Shown here: one piece after another, positions 16,182 through 25,228 of the stretch
How positions within the stretch are numbered: the first letter of the stretch is position 1
Layout of the letters: each line of letters begins with the position of its first letter
Virus record (IMG/VR): IMGVR_UViG_3300018080_000015
Coordinates: 1 to 64,000 of that record
From: a virus
DNA: 64,000 nucleotides
Reading direction: 5' to 3' (one strand)
Program-made: the position numbers and the translations under genes
Notes under the pieces: generated by a model
What the model was told of the DNA's origin: nothing
Seen by the model: only the letters and a program-made list of their open reading frames with translations
Database searches by the model: none

Positions 16182-17198
16182 TCAGCTCATCGCCGGATTT
16201 CCACTATCAAAGCCAACCACGGCGCCGTCCCCCAGGTGAACGTAGTTCCCAGACGAGAGCAGCGCCTTTGGGCTCACGACGGCCGGTTGGATGATACGGT
16301 AGACCTCTGGGTCGATGGTGCCCTTGATCCCATTTCCAGCTACGACTCCGTAGTTGTCGAGGTCTGCGTTGGCAATCATCACCGCAGGCTGCACCCAGTT
16401 CCACGGATCGCGGTCACACACGAGGAGGGACAGTGTGGTATCAGCCGCGGAGTCGCACCCGGGGAAGTAGTACCGGGTCCCGTCCGAGTCCGTCACCCTG
16501 GTGCCGTCCTGCAGGAAGAACTGAATGATCGCGTCTCCCTGAACGTACGGATCGATACCGTTGGAGTTGGTCTTCCACGCCATCTGAATCTCGCCGCTTG
16601 TGTCGGTCGCGTGGGCGAGCTGATCGATGCCGGTACCGAGAATGTGGAGCGCGTCGATCGTCGTCGCTGAATGAGAGTCCCGCTCGAAGCCGATGATGAC
16701 GTCGTCGCCTCTAACGAAGAAGTGGAAGCGGTGCGAGCCGCCGGACACGACAGACGAGAGATCGTATGACGTAGTGTCGGCCTGGAACAGCTCAAAGAGA
16801 AAAGCGTCGCTTGGGATGTAGCCGGCGAGATCTGGAGTGGCCGCTCCCGGGGTGGCTCCCGGGGGAAAATAGGCCACGTAGATGCAGTGGTCGGCCGAGT
16901 TCGCGTTGATGTTGAAACCCAGGTAGTTGTTCGAGGCGTCGATCATCTTGGTGGCCGCGTTGCAGCCGGCTGCCCACACGAAGGCGAGAATGGCCCCGCC
17001 AGTGTGTTCCATCTCGAAGAAGTAGGCGTCTCGTCCGTCTGCTCCGTCGATGATCTTGGTGCGTGCAGTTTTTGTCGACCAATCCGTGAAGCCCGCGAGG
17101 ACAGCGATCACGTCGTCGACTACACCCTCATAGTCCGCATCTGTGAGTGACTGCGGGAGCCACGCATAGGTGTCATAGACCCAACCTCCGTCTGCCAT
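16182..17198 (-). CDS. putative virion (tail fibre/baseplate-associated) protein
   Basis: Last gene of the tail block; GGAG RBS; acidic, beta-rich composition. Confidence 0.65.
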   Translation of the reverse strand: MADGGWVYDTYAWLPQSLTDADYEGVVDDVIAVLAGFTDWSTKTARTKIIDGADGRDAYFFEMEHTGGAILAFVWAAGCNAATKMIDASNNYLGFNINANSADHCIYVAYFPPGATPGAATPDLAGYIPSDAFLFELFQADTTSYDLSSVVSGGSHRFHFFVRGDDVIIGFERDSHSATTIDALHILGTGIDQLAHATDTSGEIQMAWKTNSNGIDPYVQGDAIIQFFLQDGTRVTDSDGTRYYFPGCDSAADTTLSLLVCDRDPWNWVQPAVMIANADLDNYGVVAGNGIKGTIDPEVYRIIQPAVVSPKALLSSGNYVHLGDGAVVGFDSGNPAMS

Positions 17199-17207
17199 TG
17201 GTCTCTC

Positions 17208-17690
17208 CTATGGGCCGACTTCAGCCATCGACTCGCCGATGACGGTACCGTTGGAGGCCGCATCCATCAGGTCGGGGAAGCTCGGCGGAACAATGGGCGT
17301 GTCGTCGCCCCAGAATATAGTACAGGTCCACGAGATGATGCCTGTGATCGGTGTGTACTCGAACGCGAACACTGGAGGCCTGGGCATGGCGTAGCCCGCG
17401 AGCTCTCCAGCATCGATGGCGGCCTGTACGTCTGCCTGAAGCGTGGTGATGTTCGCGCCCGACAAGTCTTCAGCTGTGAACGTCGGGTAGGTCGATGGCG
17501 CGGGGGTGGTCTCGTCGATCAGAGTGAGTATGAGAAGCTCGACGTAGAGCTCATCGTCGTCCTGGACTGCCACGATGGTCTTGAATGCATCGTAATCAGC
17601 GCCCGGGTCGAGGCCTGCGACCACACCGTCGATCACAGACTGGATCTGCTTCTCGTCGGTCACCTCGGCGAAGTACAGCTGCGAGTTCAC
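17208..17690 (-). CDS. hypothetical tail-module protein
   Basis: Overlaps the upstream stop; GGAGGG RBS. Confidence 0.65.
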   Translation of the reverse strand: MNSQLYFAEVTDEKQIQSVIDGVVAGLDPGADYDAFKTIVAVQDDDELYVELLILTLIDETTPAPSTYPTFTAEDLSGANITTLQADVQAAIDAGELAGYAMPRPPVFAFEYTPITGIISWTCTIFWGDDTPIVPPSFPDLMDAASNGTVIGESMAEVGP

Positions 17691-19102
17691 CGCACCCTCC
17701 GGAGACTGAAGTACCCGAGCCTGTTCGTGTACGACGAAGGCACTGAGCTCTTATCCATCACGCTCACCGCATCTCCTGCCTCCAGTGCGAGGAGTTGATG
17801 GAAGTGGATCGACCGCTGTTCGGTGTCAAGAACGTTGTCTTCTTTACAGCGCTCGCCTTGATCTGTGCCGTTGATCCCGAACGCGAACGTGAAGTCCACT
17901 GTTCCAGCTGCGTTCCCCGAGAACGAAAGATCGCACTCGGCCTGATAGAGCCCGCGCCGTGTTACGGTGTGCGTCCCGGCTCCAGCGTTCGGCGTGATTT
18001 CGTAGTTGGTTGGAGCCGTGACCAGCGTCCAGGGCAGGATGGTCTGGAACGCCGCAATCGGGTTCGAGACGACTGGAGCTGCGCACTCCATCGTCCCGAT
18101 CGCGGGCGTGAGCGGCGAGCGCTCATACTGGGTGATCGTGGGTGGGTCCACGCCGTTGTAGACTGACTTGCCGATCAGAATCTTGGTCTCGTCCGCGTCG
18201 TCGTCGAGCGTCAGTGACGTGGAGAGCTTCGGATACCAATGCCCGCTCGCGGTCTCCAGCTCGAGGTACACATAGTATGTGCCCGTGGGGACAGGAACCT
18301 GCAGCGTGTCGCTGAGCAGGTCCATGTCGGAGGTAACCAGACGGTCTCCGATGCGAGCAGCCCACACAGACGTCTGTGGAATGTCCAGATACAGCGTCCC
18401 AGCGATGTCCTCGTACGTCAGAGGCAGTTTCCAGGTCTGCGAGCCCGTCGGAGTGGGTCGGAGCCAACAGGAGCCGGGAGAGAGCATCGCGAGAAGTTGG
18501 TCTTCGGTGCGTTGATCTCTGAAACGGTTTTGCCGGTAACAGGGTTGATGTTCCCAGTTCACTGCGCCGTCGTCATAGACGCGGACTGCAGCGATTGGGA
18601 TGGAGCCCGCGCGGATCTCGTCGTCCAGGTCAGGAGGAGTCCCGTCGGCGGGCGGAACGTACTGGTTTCCCATGATCGCCCGAAACTCGATGCCGTGGTG
18701 CAGTTCGTTGTAGCTCGGGTTTCCGTTGTCGTCCGTGACTGGATCGTGCTCGACGGTGGTGTAGCGCACGAGCAAGATCACCATGCGACTGAAGCCGAAG
18801 GCGGGAAGTACCGAGCCCAGTAGCGAGCCGTGCGTCGCCTCGTCAATGGGCACGGCCTTGCCCGCGCCTTCGTAGTAGACGGGCTGACCGAGAGACCACC
18901 CACGGAGCTCGCCCACAGTCACGGTGGAGGTGAGGAAGGAGAGCGTGGGCGGATCGATCAGCACTGGGTCGTCGGACTCGTTGTCGAGCATGTCCAGGAC
19001 GAGACGATCAAGCCGGTTCTCAATGGCAAGCCAGATCTTTTCGAAGTCGTCTGCGTTGACGACTCGTCCGAACCAGCCCACGATTTGACGGAAAGTGGAC
19101 AT
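17687..19102 (-). CDS. tail fibre/receptor-binding-like protein with C-terminal C1q/TNF-like domain
   Basis: Follows the baseplate genes; C-terminal HTVTRRGLYQAECDLSF..LALEAGDAVSV..YFSLRRV resembles a C1q jelly-roll. Confidence 0.6.
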   Translation of the reverse strand: MSTFRQIVGWFGRVVNADDFEKIWLAIENRLDRLVLDMLDNESDDPVLIDPPTLSFLTSTVTVGELRGWSLGQPVYYEGAGKAVPIDEATHGSLLGSVLPAFGFSRMVILLVRYTTVEHDPVTDDNGNPSYNELHHGIEFRAIMGNQYVPPADGTPPDLDDEIRAGSIPIAAVRVYDDGAVNWEHQPCYRQNRFRDQRTEDQLLAMLSPGSCWLRPTPTGSQTWKLPLTYEDIAGTLYLDIPQTSVWAARIGDRLVTSDMDLLSDTLQVPVPTGTYYVYLELETASGHWYPKLSTSLTLDDDADETKILIGKSVYNGVDPPTITQYERSPLTPAIGTMECAAPVVSNPIAAFQTILPWTLVTAPTNYEITPNAGAGTHTVTRRGLYQAECDLSFSGNAAGTVDFTFAFGINGTDQGERCKEDNVLDTEQRSIHFHQLLALEAGDAVSVMDKSSVPSSYTNRLGYFSLRRVR

Positions 19103-20601
19103 TACCAGGTCTCGTGCGTTGTAGATCCAATGATGTGAAACGTGATGTCGACTGCGTTGCTATCGATGCCGTACTGTACTCCCATGGTGGCGTCCCAGAA
19201 CTGCATAGAAACATCGTTTCCGCCGATGCCGCTCCACCCTGCTGATCCACCCAGGAAGAGTGCTCCGCCAGAGTCTTCTGCGTAGCCGAACGGCAGCGGT
19301 TCTCCTATGATCGTGGGGAGCAGCACGATCTTAAACTGCGCCCCAACCAACGAGACTGAATCAACTCCCTGAGAGGCTTCCGGATCTAGCGTTACGCCGC
19401 CTATGCCATCTGTCTCGGCCTTTCCACGAGCAATGATCCGTGGTCCGATGGGATCTGGGTTTGTCGAAAGTGGAAAAACAGTCGGCAGTGTTCCTAGAGA
19501 TCCAGTGATCACATAGAAGAGAGCAACATCGCGCACTGAGCTTTCAAAGCCCCCTCCGGCGCTCCCTCCGGGAAGTGTCTTGAAAGCTGTCCACGCTTCG
19601 AGAGGAAAGAGCGGGTCGGGCGGAGTACACGTCACAGCGTGAACAGACACGGTCGGGTCTGCTCCAGAGGCAGGATATGCCATCCGTACGACATAGGCTG
19701 TCGTGGCTAGAGGAAAGTCAATCACAGAAGCGGGGACAGTGACCTTACGGAAACCGCGCCGTCGATATTTTTCTGAGTCTCCCGATGGACCGAGATCGCC
19801 GATGCCCAGTACGATCTCTTCACCGCCCGGGAGCGTAAGGCGCCCTCCAGATCCACCGACGGCCGAAGGCGTACCGGCGACGATACCGGTCTCGTTCAGC
19901 ACAATCGGCTTCATCCGGTGGCCTACGATACGACGTAAGAGCTCGAGCTCCTGAGCGAAGTCGGGTTCGTTGGTGCAGATTTCTCTTTCGACGGCCCAGA
20001 TATCATCCGAACCGAAAGCCGAGTCGCCGTCGTCTCTGTGGCAAACAAGGACCGGCACAGCGCCATCATCGACGATCTCGTCGAAGATGGTCGCCATGGC
20101 AGCACTGGAGAACCAGTCGTCCATAACGGGATCGAAGTCCGCGGTGGAGCAGTAGACGCGCAACACCGTCGTGGAGTTGATGCTGTAGTACTTTACTCCG
20201 TAGATGGTGGTGACGGGATCAGCATCCACCTCGGTGTGTGCCGCAGCAATCACGATGAACTTCCGCTTCCCCGCCCCCGGAGTTGTGTCTCCTGTGGAAG
20301 TGTTCGCAGTCGCGTGTGTGGCCGAAGAGCAGTCAACCGCAACTGGAGCGTCCCAGTCCGTCGAGCGCCCGTTGATATCCAGGGCGGCGTTGGCGTTCAC
20401 GTTCACGACCCAGTTCGAGCCGAGGGTCCACTCAGGCGTCCACAGGGTGCGTGCTTCGCTGGAGACGAAACGCCCTTGGATGCGCTCGATTGCGACCTTG
20501 GCTCCCTGCTGGATGTCGTCGAACTCCTGCTCAACCGGCTTGAGTTTCAGGAAGAAGCGCTTACGAGCGAAGTTACTGTTGTTCTCGTCTACTGTGACCA
20601 T
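19102..20601 (-). CDS. tail fibre/baseplate attachment protein, N-terminus similar to 17687-19102
   Basis: Directly after the gpI-like gene; shares the (D/E)F(E/D)xI and TxVxxDPVT..Y patterns with its neighbour. Confidence 0.6.
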   Translation of the reverse strand: MVTVDENNSNFARKRFFLKLKPVEQEFDDIQQGAKVAIERIQGRFVSSEARTLWTPEWTLGSNWVVNVNANAALDINGRSTDWDAPVAVDCSSATHATANTSTGDTTPGAGKRKFIVIAAAHTEVDADPVTTIYGVKYYSINSTTVLRVYCSTADFDPVMDDWFSSAAMATIFDEIVDDGAVPVLVCHRDDGDSAFGSDDIWAVEREICTNEPDFAQELELLRRIVGHRMKPIVLNETGIVAGTPSAVGGSGGRLTLPGGEEIVLGIGDLGPSGDSEKYRRRGFRKVTVPASVIDFPLATTAYVVRMAYPASGADPTVSVHAVTCTPPDPLFPLEAWTAFKTLPGGSAGGGFESSVRDVALFYVITGSLGTLPTVFPLSTNPDPIGPRIIARGKAETDGIGGVTLDPEASQGVDSVSLVGAQFKIVLLPTIIGEPLPFGYAEDSGGALFLGGSAGWSGIGGNDVSMQFWDATMGVQYGIDSNAVDITFHIIGSTTHETW

Positions 20602-21488
20602 TACTCAGCCTCTGGTGTTCCGTCCGGCAAGATTACTCGAAGCACTGTCTCGGGTACACCGCCGATTCGTGCGCCCCCCACACAGTGTGTCCCAACCTCG
20701 AACCAATCGTCCGCGCCGATCAGTGTGTCAACTCCGACACGAGAGTACCCTATCTTCCATTCTTCCTGCGAGTCTAGTTCGGGGACCGTGTAGACAGGGA
20801 TGTCGATTGCTCTGAGGAGCAGATCGACCACCCACCGCACGACAGTCATGAGCGCATCACCCGGGTCGTACGGTAGCGTGATCCAGACCTCATAAGGGAG
20901 CGTTTCGTTCACGGCGCCGCTATCGAGCGCCTCCAGTCCGATGTAGCCCTCTCCAACGACGAACTCCCCGACCTCTCCCAGTGCACCCTCGATCGCAGTG
21001 AGCGCTCGCTCCGAGAGATCTCCTGCGTTTGGCCAGTAGTCCGGTGGCGGAGTCTTGTAGTTGTGGCAGATGGTCGAGGTATCTCCACCTACCTCGGAGT
21101 CGCCCACGATGAAGCAGTCTTCGTCCTGGAACGGGATGTAGATGTCCACGACGATCCCGGTCGCAGTGTAGATGGCGAGCGGGAGCAGCTCGTAGTTGCC
21201 TTTCCACTCTCTGAACGTGGGCAGCGCCGCAAGGAAGCGGCGTAGATAGGGGACAGACGCACCCTGTGGTAGGGAGAGTCCGCGGTGGTAGGCCTGTAGA
21301 CGAAGCTGATCGTCATCCGCGTCGGAAATGGAAAAGGCCTGCCTGATCGCGTCGACGAAGTCTTCCTCCCAGGTCTCAACCTCAGCTTCGATGCCCTCGC
21401 ACAACTTCTGCAGATTGCCGTAGACGTCCATCTTCCGCCTGTAAGGCGAAAGAAGCTCGAAGAACGACTTTCCGAGGATATTGATCAT
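20601..21488 (-). CDS. baseplate wedge protein (P2 gpI-like)
   Basis: L..LA...G..LRRFL..FREWKG pattern; immediately downstream of the gpJ-like gene. Confidence 0.7.
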   Translation of the reverse strand: MINILGKSFFELLSPYRRKMDVYGNLQKLCEGIEAEVETWEEDFVDAIRQAFSISDADDDQLRLQAYHRGLSLPQGASVPYLRRFLAALPTFREWKGNYELLPLAIYTATGIVVDIYIPFQDEDCFIVGDSEVGGDTSTICHNYKTPPPDYWPNAGDLSERALTAIEGALGEVGEFVVGEGYIGLEALDSGAVNETLPYEVWITLPYDPGDALMTVVRWVVDLLLRAIDIPVYTVPELDSQEEWKIGYSRVGVDTLIGADDWFEVGTHCVGGARIGGVPETVLRVILPDGTPEAE

Positions 21489-22975
21489 CAGGGTGTGGCC
21501 GGGAGAAGGAGGACGTTCGCCGTGATCTTGGGGAGCTGGTACTCGCCGGGTTCGATGAAAAGGGAATCAGCGTCCGGGAGATCCACGTGATCGACACCGT
21601 CGATGAGCTCCAGTGTCGTGATGAGGTTGCTCAGGTTGATGGTGCGGCCCACATCCACGATAAAGTGGGGCTCTTCTCCGGCCACTGAGTCGAGACTGAA
21701 GAAGTTGAGCGCGGCGTTTATCACAGTGGTGTAGAGCGACGAGAGCTCATCGATGTCCAGGCCGGATGCGGCGTAGACGTAGATGCTCAGCGTTTCTTCG
21801 TAGAACTCGATCGGCGCCATCGTGATCTTTGCAGTACCATTGGTCTTGTAGGCCGCCTCGATGTCATCAGCGATGGCCTCGAGCTCTTCGGTTGTTGGTG
21901 CCGCGGAAAGGTCTACCGCTGCGAAGATGGCTACCTCGTTGGGAGCTACATAGGATAACTGGTTGCGTGTGTAAGCCCGAGCTCGAGCTGCACCGAAGAG
22001 CATTGCCGCGTTTTGGTAGTCCTCTCTGGAGACAACACCGCCGTGGATCGCCATTGTCATCGGGGCCTTGACCCTGATGACATCGACGCTCTCGTCGTCG
22101 GTGCCGCGCACAGTCTGTGCGATACTCGTGGCGGTGGCCACCATCGGATAGCCAGTACCATCCACGATGCTATCGACGATCTTGGTGATCGTTCCTGAAC
22201 CGACGTTGCCCGCCGTGCCGCCCCCGTTCAAGGACGTAATTTCGATCTTCGAACCCGCTTCGGGGATGAACCCTCTGAGTCCATCGCCGAATTCCACCCA
22301 GTAGCGGCGCTTGTTCGGTAGAAGCTCAGATGCAACCACGCGGAAGACTTCCGAGGTGGGCAGTGCGAGCGCCCACGTGTTGATGCGCTCCCATGCGACG
22401 CCATCAACGTAGACCTGGATCGTCGAGGTGTCGACGATGGGGCTTACGAGCTCGTAGAGCTGTCCGGCATCTCCGGAAGAAGTGATGATCGATTCGCTCT
22501 TCGTGGTGCCGTGCTGGACCTCAACGTCTAGTGTCGTGACGCCGGCCGCCTTCACAGCGTCGTTCACCGCCTCGAAGATTTGCGGCTTGGAACCGTCAGT
22601 TGGGTCCGTGGAGAAGCGGTGGCCGGCTCGGATGAGAAACGTCTTCTCTGAGGGAGCCGTGATCCGCTCGGTGTAGTGCGCCGCTCGAGCTCCTGGCGGC
22701 ACGTACCCGTAGACGTCGACGGCGTGGTCGAGGACCGACTGCGGCTCAATGGCGGTCGCGATAGAAGCCTCTCCAGCTGCGCGCACCGCCTCGACGTATA
22801 GCGAATCTCCGAGAGTCGCTACACTGTCGACGATGGCAGCGAAAAGCTCTGTGAGCGCCATCTCGAATTCGGAGACGTCCAGTCCGTAGGCGCTCGCAAG
22901 GAAGCCGATGAGCGATTGCTGGATGCTCAGCGCGTCTCTGGACTCGAGCGGGAGTTTGAATCGCTTGGCAATCAT
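21488..22975 (-). CDS. baseplate J-like / gp6-like wedge protein
   Basis: VYVDGVAW, VEFGDGLRGFIP, GGGTAGNVG, GTDDES..IR..AP, VSREDY. Confidence 0.9.
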   Translation of the reverse strand: MIAKRFKLPLESRDALSIQQSLIGFLASAYGLDVSEFEMALTELFAAIVDSVATLGDSLYVEAVRAAGEASIATAIEPQSVLDHAVDVYGYVPPGARAAHYTERITAPSEKTFLIRAGHRFSTDPTDGSKPQIFEAVNDAVKAAGVTTLDVEVQHGTTKSESIITSSGDAGQLYELVSPIVDTSTIQVYVDGVAWERINTWALALPTSEVFRVVASELLPNKRRYWVEFGDGLRGFIPEAGSKIEITSLNGGGTAGNVGSGTITKIVDSIVDGTGYPMVATATSIAQTVRGTDDESVDVIRVKAPMTMAIHGGVVSREDYQNAAMLFGAARARAYTRNQLSYVAPNEVAIFAAVDLSAAPTTEELEAIADDIEAAYKTNGTAKITMAPIEFYEETLSIYVYAASGLDIDELSSLYTTVINAALNFFSLDSVAGEEPHFIVDVGRTINLSNLITTLELIDGVDHVDLPDADSLFIEPGEYQLPKITANVLLLPATP

Positions 22976-22978
22976 CGG

Positions 22979-23386
22979 CTACGTCTGTGGAAGGGTGATT
23001 TGGGTCCCGATCGGCTCTCCTGTGCGCGTGAGCACACCAAGGATGATGACACGAATCGCACGCACTGATGTACCTTGGACCCGGTTGTGAAGTGTACCAG
23101 CTTGCGCCTCGATGAGCGTAAAGCGGACGTGCTTTTCGTTGTTGACGAGCTGTGTCCGGATATCGCTCTCGATTGTAGAGAGCTTTGTACGGTCTGAAGG
23201 CTCGTCGAGGTAGTCCGGAAGGCGAGTGCCTAGCTTTGGTCTGTGGGGCCTCATACGGACGCGCTCGAGGAGGATGGCTCTGATGTTTTGCACCGCCCGA
23301 GTCTTTTCGTCAGGGCACGTGGCGAATGGTCCACGCTTCGACCCGCCCATCGGCTCGCTCAGATGAAAGTCCTTACCCAACACCAA
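22979..23386 (-). CDS. gp25/gpW-like baseplate protein
   Basis: QNIRAILL..R..RPKLGTRL..LDEP..NEKHV. Confidence 0.8.
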   Translation of the reverse strand: MVLGKDFHLSEPMGGSKRGPFATCPDEKTRAVQNIRAILLERVRMRPHRPKLGTRLPDYLDEPSDRTKLSTIESDIRTQLVNNEKHVRFTLIEAQAGTLHNRVQGTSVRAIRVIILGVLTRTGEPIGTQITLPQT

Positions 23387-24197
23387 ACAGCCCCTTTAGT
23401 ATGGCAGCCCCGGCACCGTCCGCGAGGATGGCGCTCCCCGCGATGTAATCTGTCGATTCGGGTCCCCCGGTCGCGGCTTGGATCACTGTAGCTACATCGT
23501 CGAGCGATTGACAATCTTCGACGAGACAGAACGCTCCCTCCAGGTCGATGTCAGCGATCAGAGCGAGCACGTGTTCGATGGTGGCGATGATCTCAGCGTA
23601 GTACTCAATCTTCAAGGCAATGGCGTCGATGAGCTCAGTTATCTCGTCCGGAGGCGAGACCGTGGCCTCGAAGCTTATCGACTGCAGGAGCTCCCGAAGC
23701 GGAGGAAAGACATCCGCCAGGGTGAAGCACTCCGTTGCGGGCTGGGCGAGCATCACTTCCGGCTCGTAGCTCTGTGGCGCATCCAGATAGCCCGTAGTCG
23801 CCTGGTCGAACAGAGTCTGCAGGGACGAGACCGCTGTCATGAGCGGTTCCGGATCCGGAAGGCCGACTGCAATCACAAAGAGAGTACACGGAGGGTTTAT
23901 GCACGAAGCACTGAGCTCGAGAGACGCCTCCACCGTTTCGCTCCAGGCCGGCATGCGCTGGGCTTGATAGACTTGCTTCGGGTAGCAATGCACGACGAGG
24001 ACTTCTGTGCTCAATAGCCCTAGCGGGTCGAAGGACAGCGTTTGCTCGCTCACCGAAGGGAGTAGAGCCCCTAGTACATCCAGGAGCGCAGAGATGGGCG
24101 CGAGTGCAGTCGAGACGGCTTGTGCGGCTGTCTTCACCCCGTCGACGACGGCCTCGAGAGGTCCGAGCCCCAGTTCTACGGGTTCCCACGTTCCCAT
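23373..24197 (-). CDS. hypothetical baseplate-region protein
   Basis: TGATG-coupled start at 24197; lies between the spike and gp25-like genes. Confidence 0.7.
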   Translation of the reverse strand: MGTWEPVELGLGPLEAVVDGVKTAAQAVSTALAPISALLDVLGALLPSVSEQTLSFDPLGLLSTEVLVVHCYPKQVYQAQRMPAWSETVEASLELSASCINPPCTLFVIAVGLPDPEPLMTAVSSLQTLFDQATTGYLDAPQSYEPEVMLAQPATECFTLADVFPPLRELLQSISFEATVSPPDEITELIDAIALKIEYYAEIIATIEHVLALIADIDLEGAFCLVEDCQSLDDVATVIQAATGGPESTDYIAGSAILADGAGAAILKGLFGVG

Positions 24198-25228
24198 CAC
24201 AAGGCCTTCGTTGCAGTCGCTGCGGTGTTTTGGTGCACCACCCAAGGCGGAACGACCGGAGCGCCGAGCCCGGAGAGGATTCCCTGTACAACCGAGGCCC
24301 ACGCGTCGAACTGAGTCCAGTTAGCCTCATTTGCGGCGCCGAGAGCTACCGGATCTACTGCTCCGGCCCCGAGCTTGATCTCAGTGCCAGCGAAGGTGAT
24401 CGACCCTACGCACGTGAGCGTGACTGGAGAGGCGCCCATGGAGATCTGCGAGGCAGCGAGGTTGATCAGCGGGCCTTGAAGGGTGATTCCGGTCAGTGCC
24501 ACCTCGACCTTCGCAAGCTCGATGAGACCAGTCGGGTCCTTCACTGCGAGGGTGATGTTTCCCAGGCCGCCGAGGGTCTCGAGTAGGATGTCTGTGAGAT
24601 ACGTACGGAGCGAAAATCCGCTCATGAACGTAACAGCAGCTTCGCCTGTAGTACTGACCTTCGCGTCCCCGACGATGGCAGTGAGAACGCCGTTCAGCGC
24701 CTTCGTGCGGAGGAGCCCTAGGATCGTCTTGGTGACCCCGCCTTTGATCGTCTTCGTCTCTGACTTGGCTTCGACGGTGCGCGGCCCGTTGGTCGTCTCT
24801 GAGGTGGATGCTGCGGTGCGCTCGAGCTTCCCTCGAGCTTCTTCTGTGATGTCCCGCGCCGTCGTCTTTTTCGCTCCCGAGAGCGTACGAACTTGCTTCC
24901 CGTCGACCGACTTCTCGTCGTCTCCTGCGATGTAGGCGTCGAGATTAGCGTTACGGACAGCTCGGTTGTTTTGGACGACTCCGACGACAGCAGGGTGGTC
25001 GGGGTGTCCGTTGAAAAACATGACACCGACTGTGTTCCCAACTTGAGGGGTTTTATTTTCACCACTCCCCTGTCCTCCGGTATCGTAGAAGATACGTGCC
25101 CACGGCAGATTTGAGACTGGTTCGTCTTCACGCCACACCCCCGGGACGAAGACCCGCACGCGGTTTTCGTGTTCTGGATCATCGTTGTCGCGGACCACAC
25201 CCTCGAAGAGCCCGTGCAGTTTATTCAT
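24197..25228 (-). CDS. baseplate central spike (gp5/gpV OB-fold with beta-helix)
   Basis: GVVRDNDDPEHENRVRVFVP, LPWA, PQVGNTVGVMFFNGHPDHPAVVG. Confidence 0.9.
   Translation of the reverse strand: MNKLHGLFEGVVRDNDDPEHENRVRVFVPGVWREDEPVSNLPWARIFYDTGGQGSGENKTPQVGNTVGVMFFNGHPDHPAVVGVVQNNRAVRNANLDAYIAGDDEKSVDGKQVRTLSGAKKTTARDITEEARGKLERTAASTSETTNGPRTVEAKSETKTIKGGVTKTILGLLRTKALNGVLTAIVGDAKVSTTGEAAVTFMSGFSLRTYLTDILLETLGGLGNITLAVKDPTGLIELAKVEVALTGITLQGPLINLAASQISMGASPVTLTCVGSITFAGTEIKLGAGAVDPVALGAANEANWTQFDAWASVVQGILSGLGAPVVPPWVVHQNTAATATKAL

Noticed and set aside
16044-16670. + strand ORF sharing QKTSRFTRSIDPR with ORF 42191-42835
   Set aside because: The shared peptide is just a translation of the 66-bp DNA repeat; both ORFs overlap real genes.
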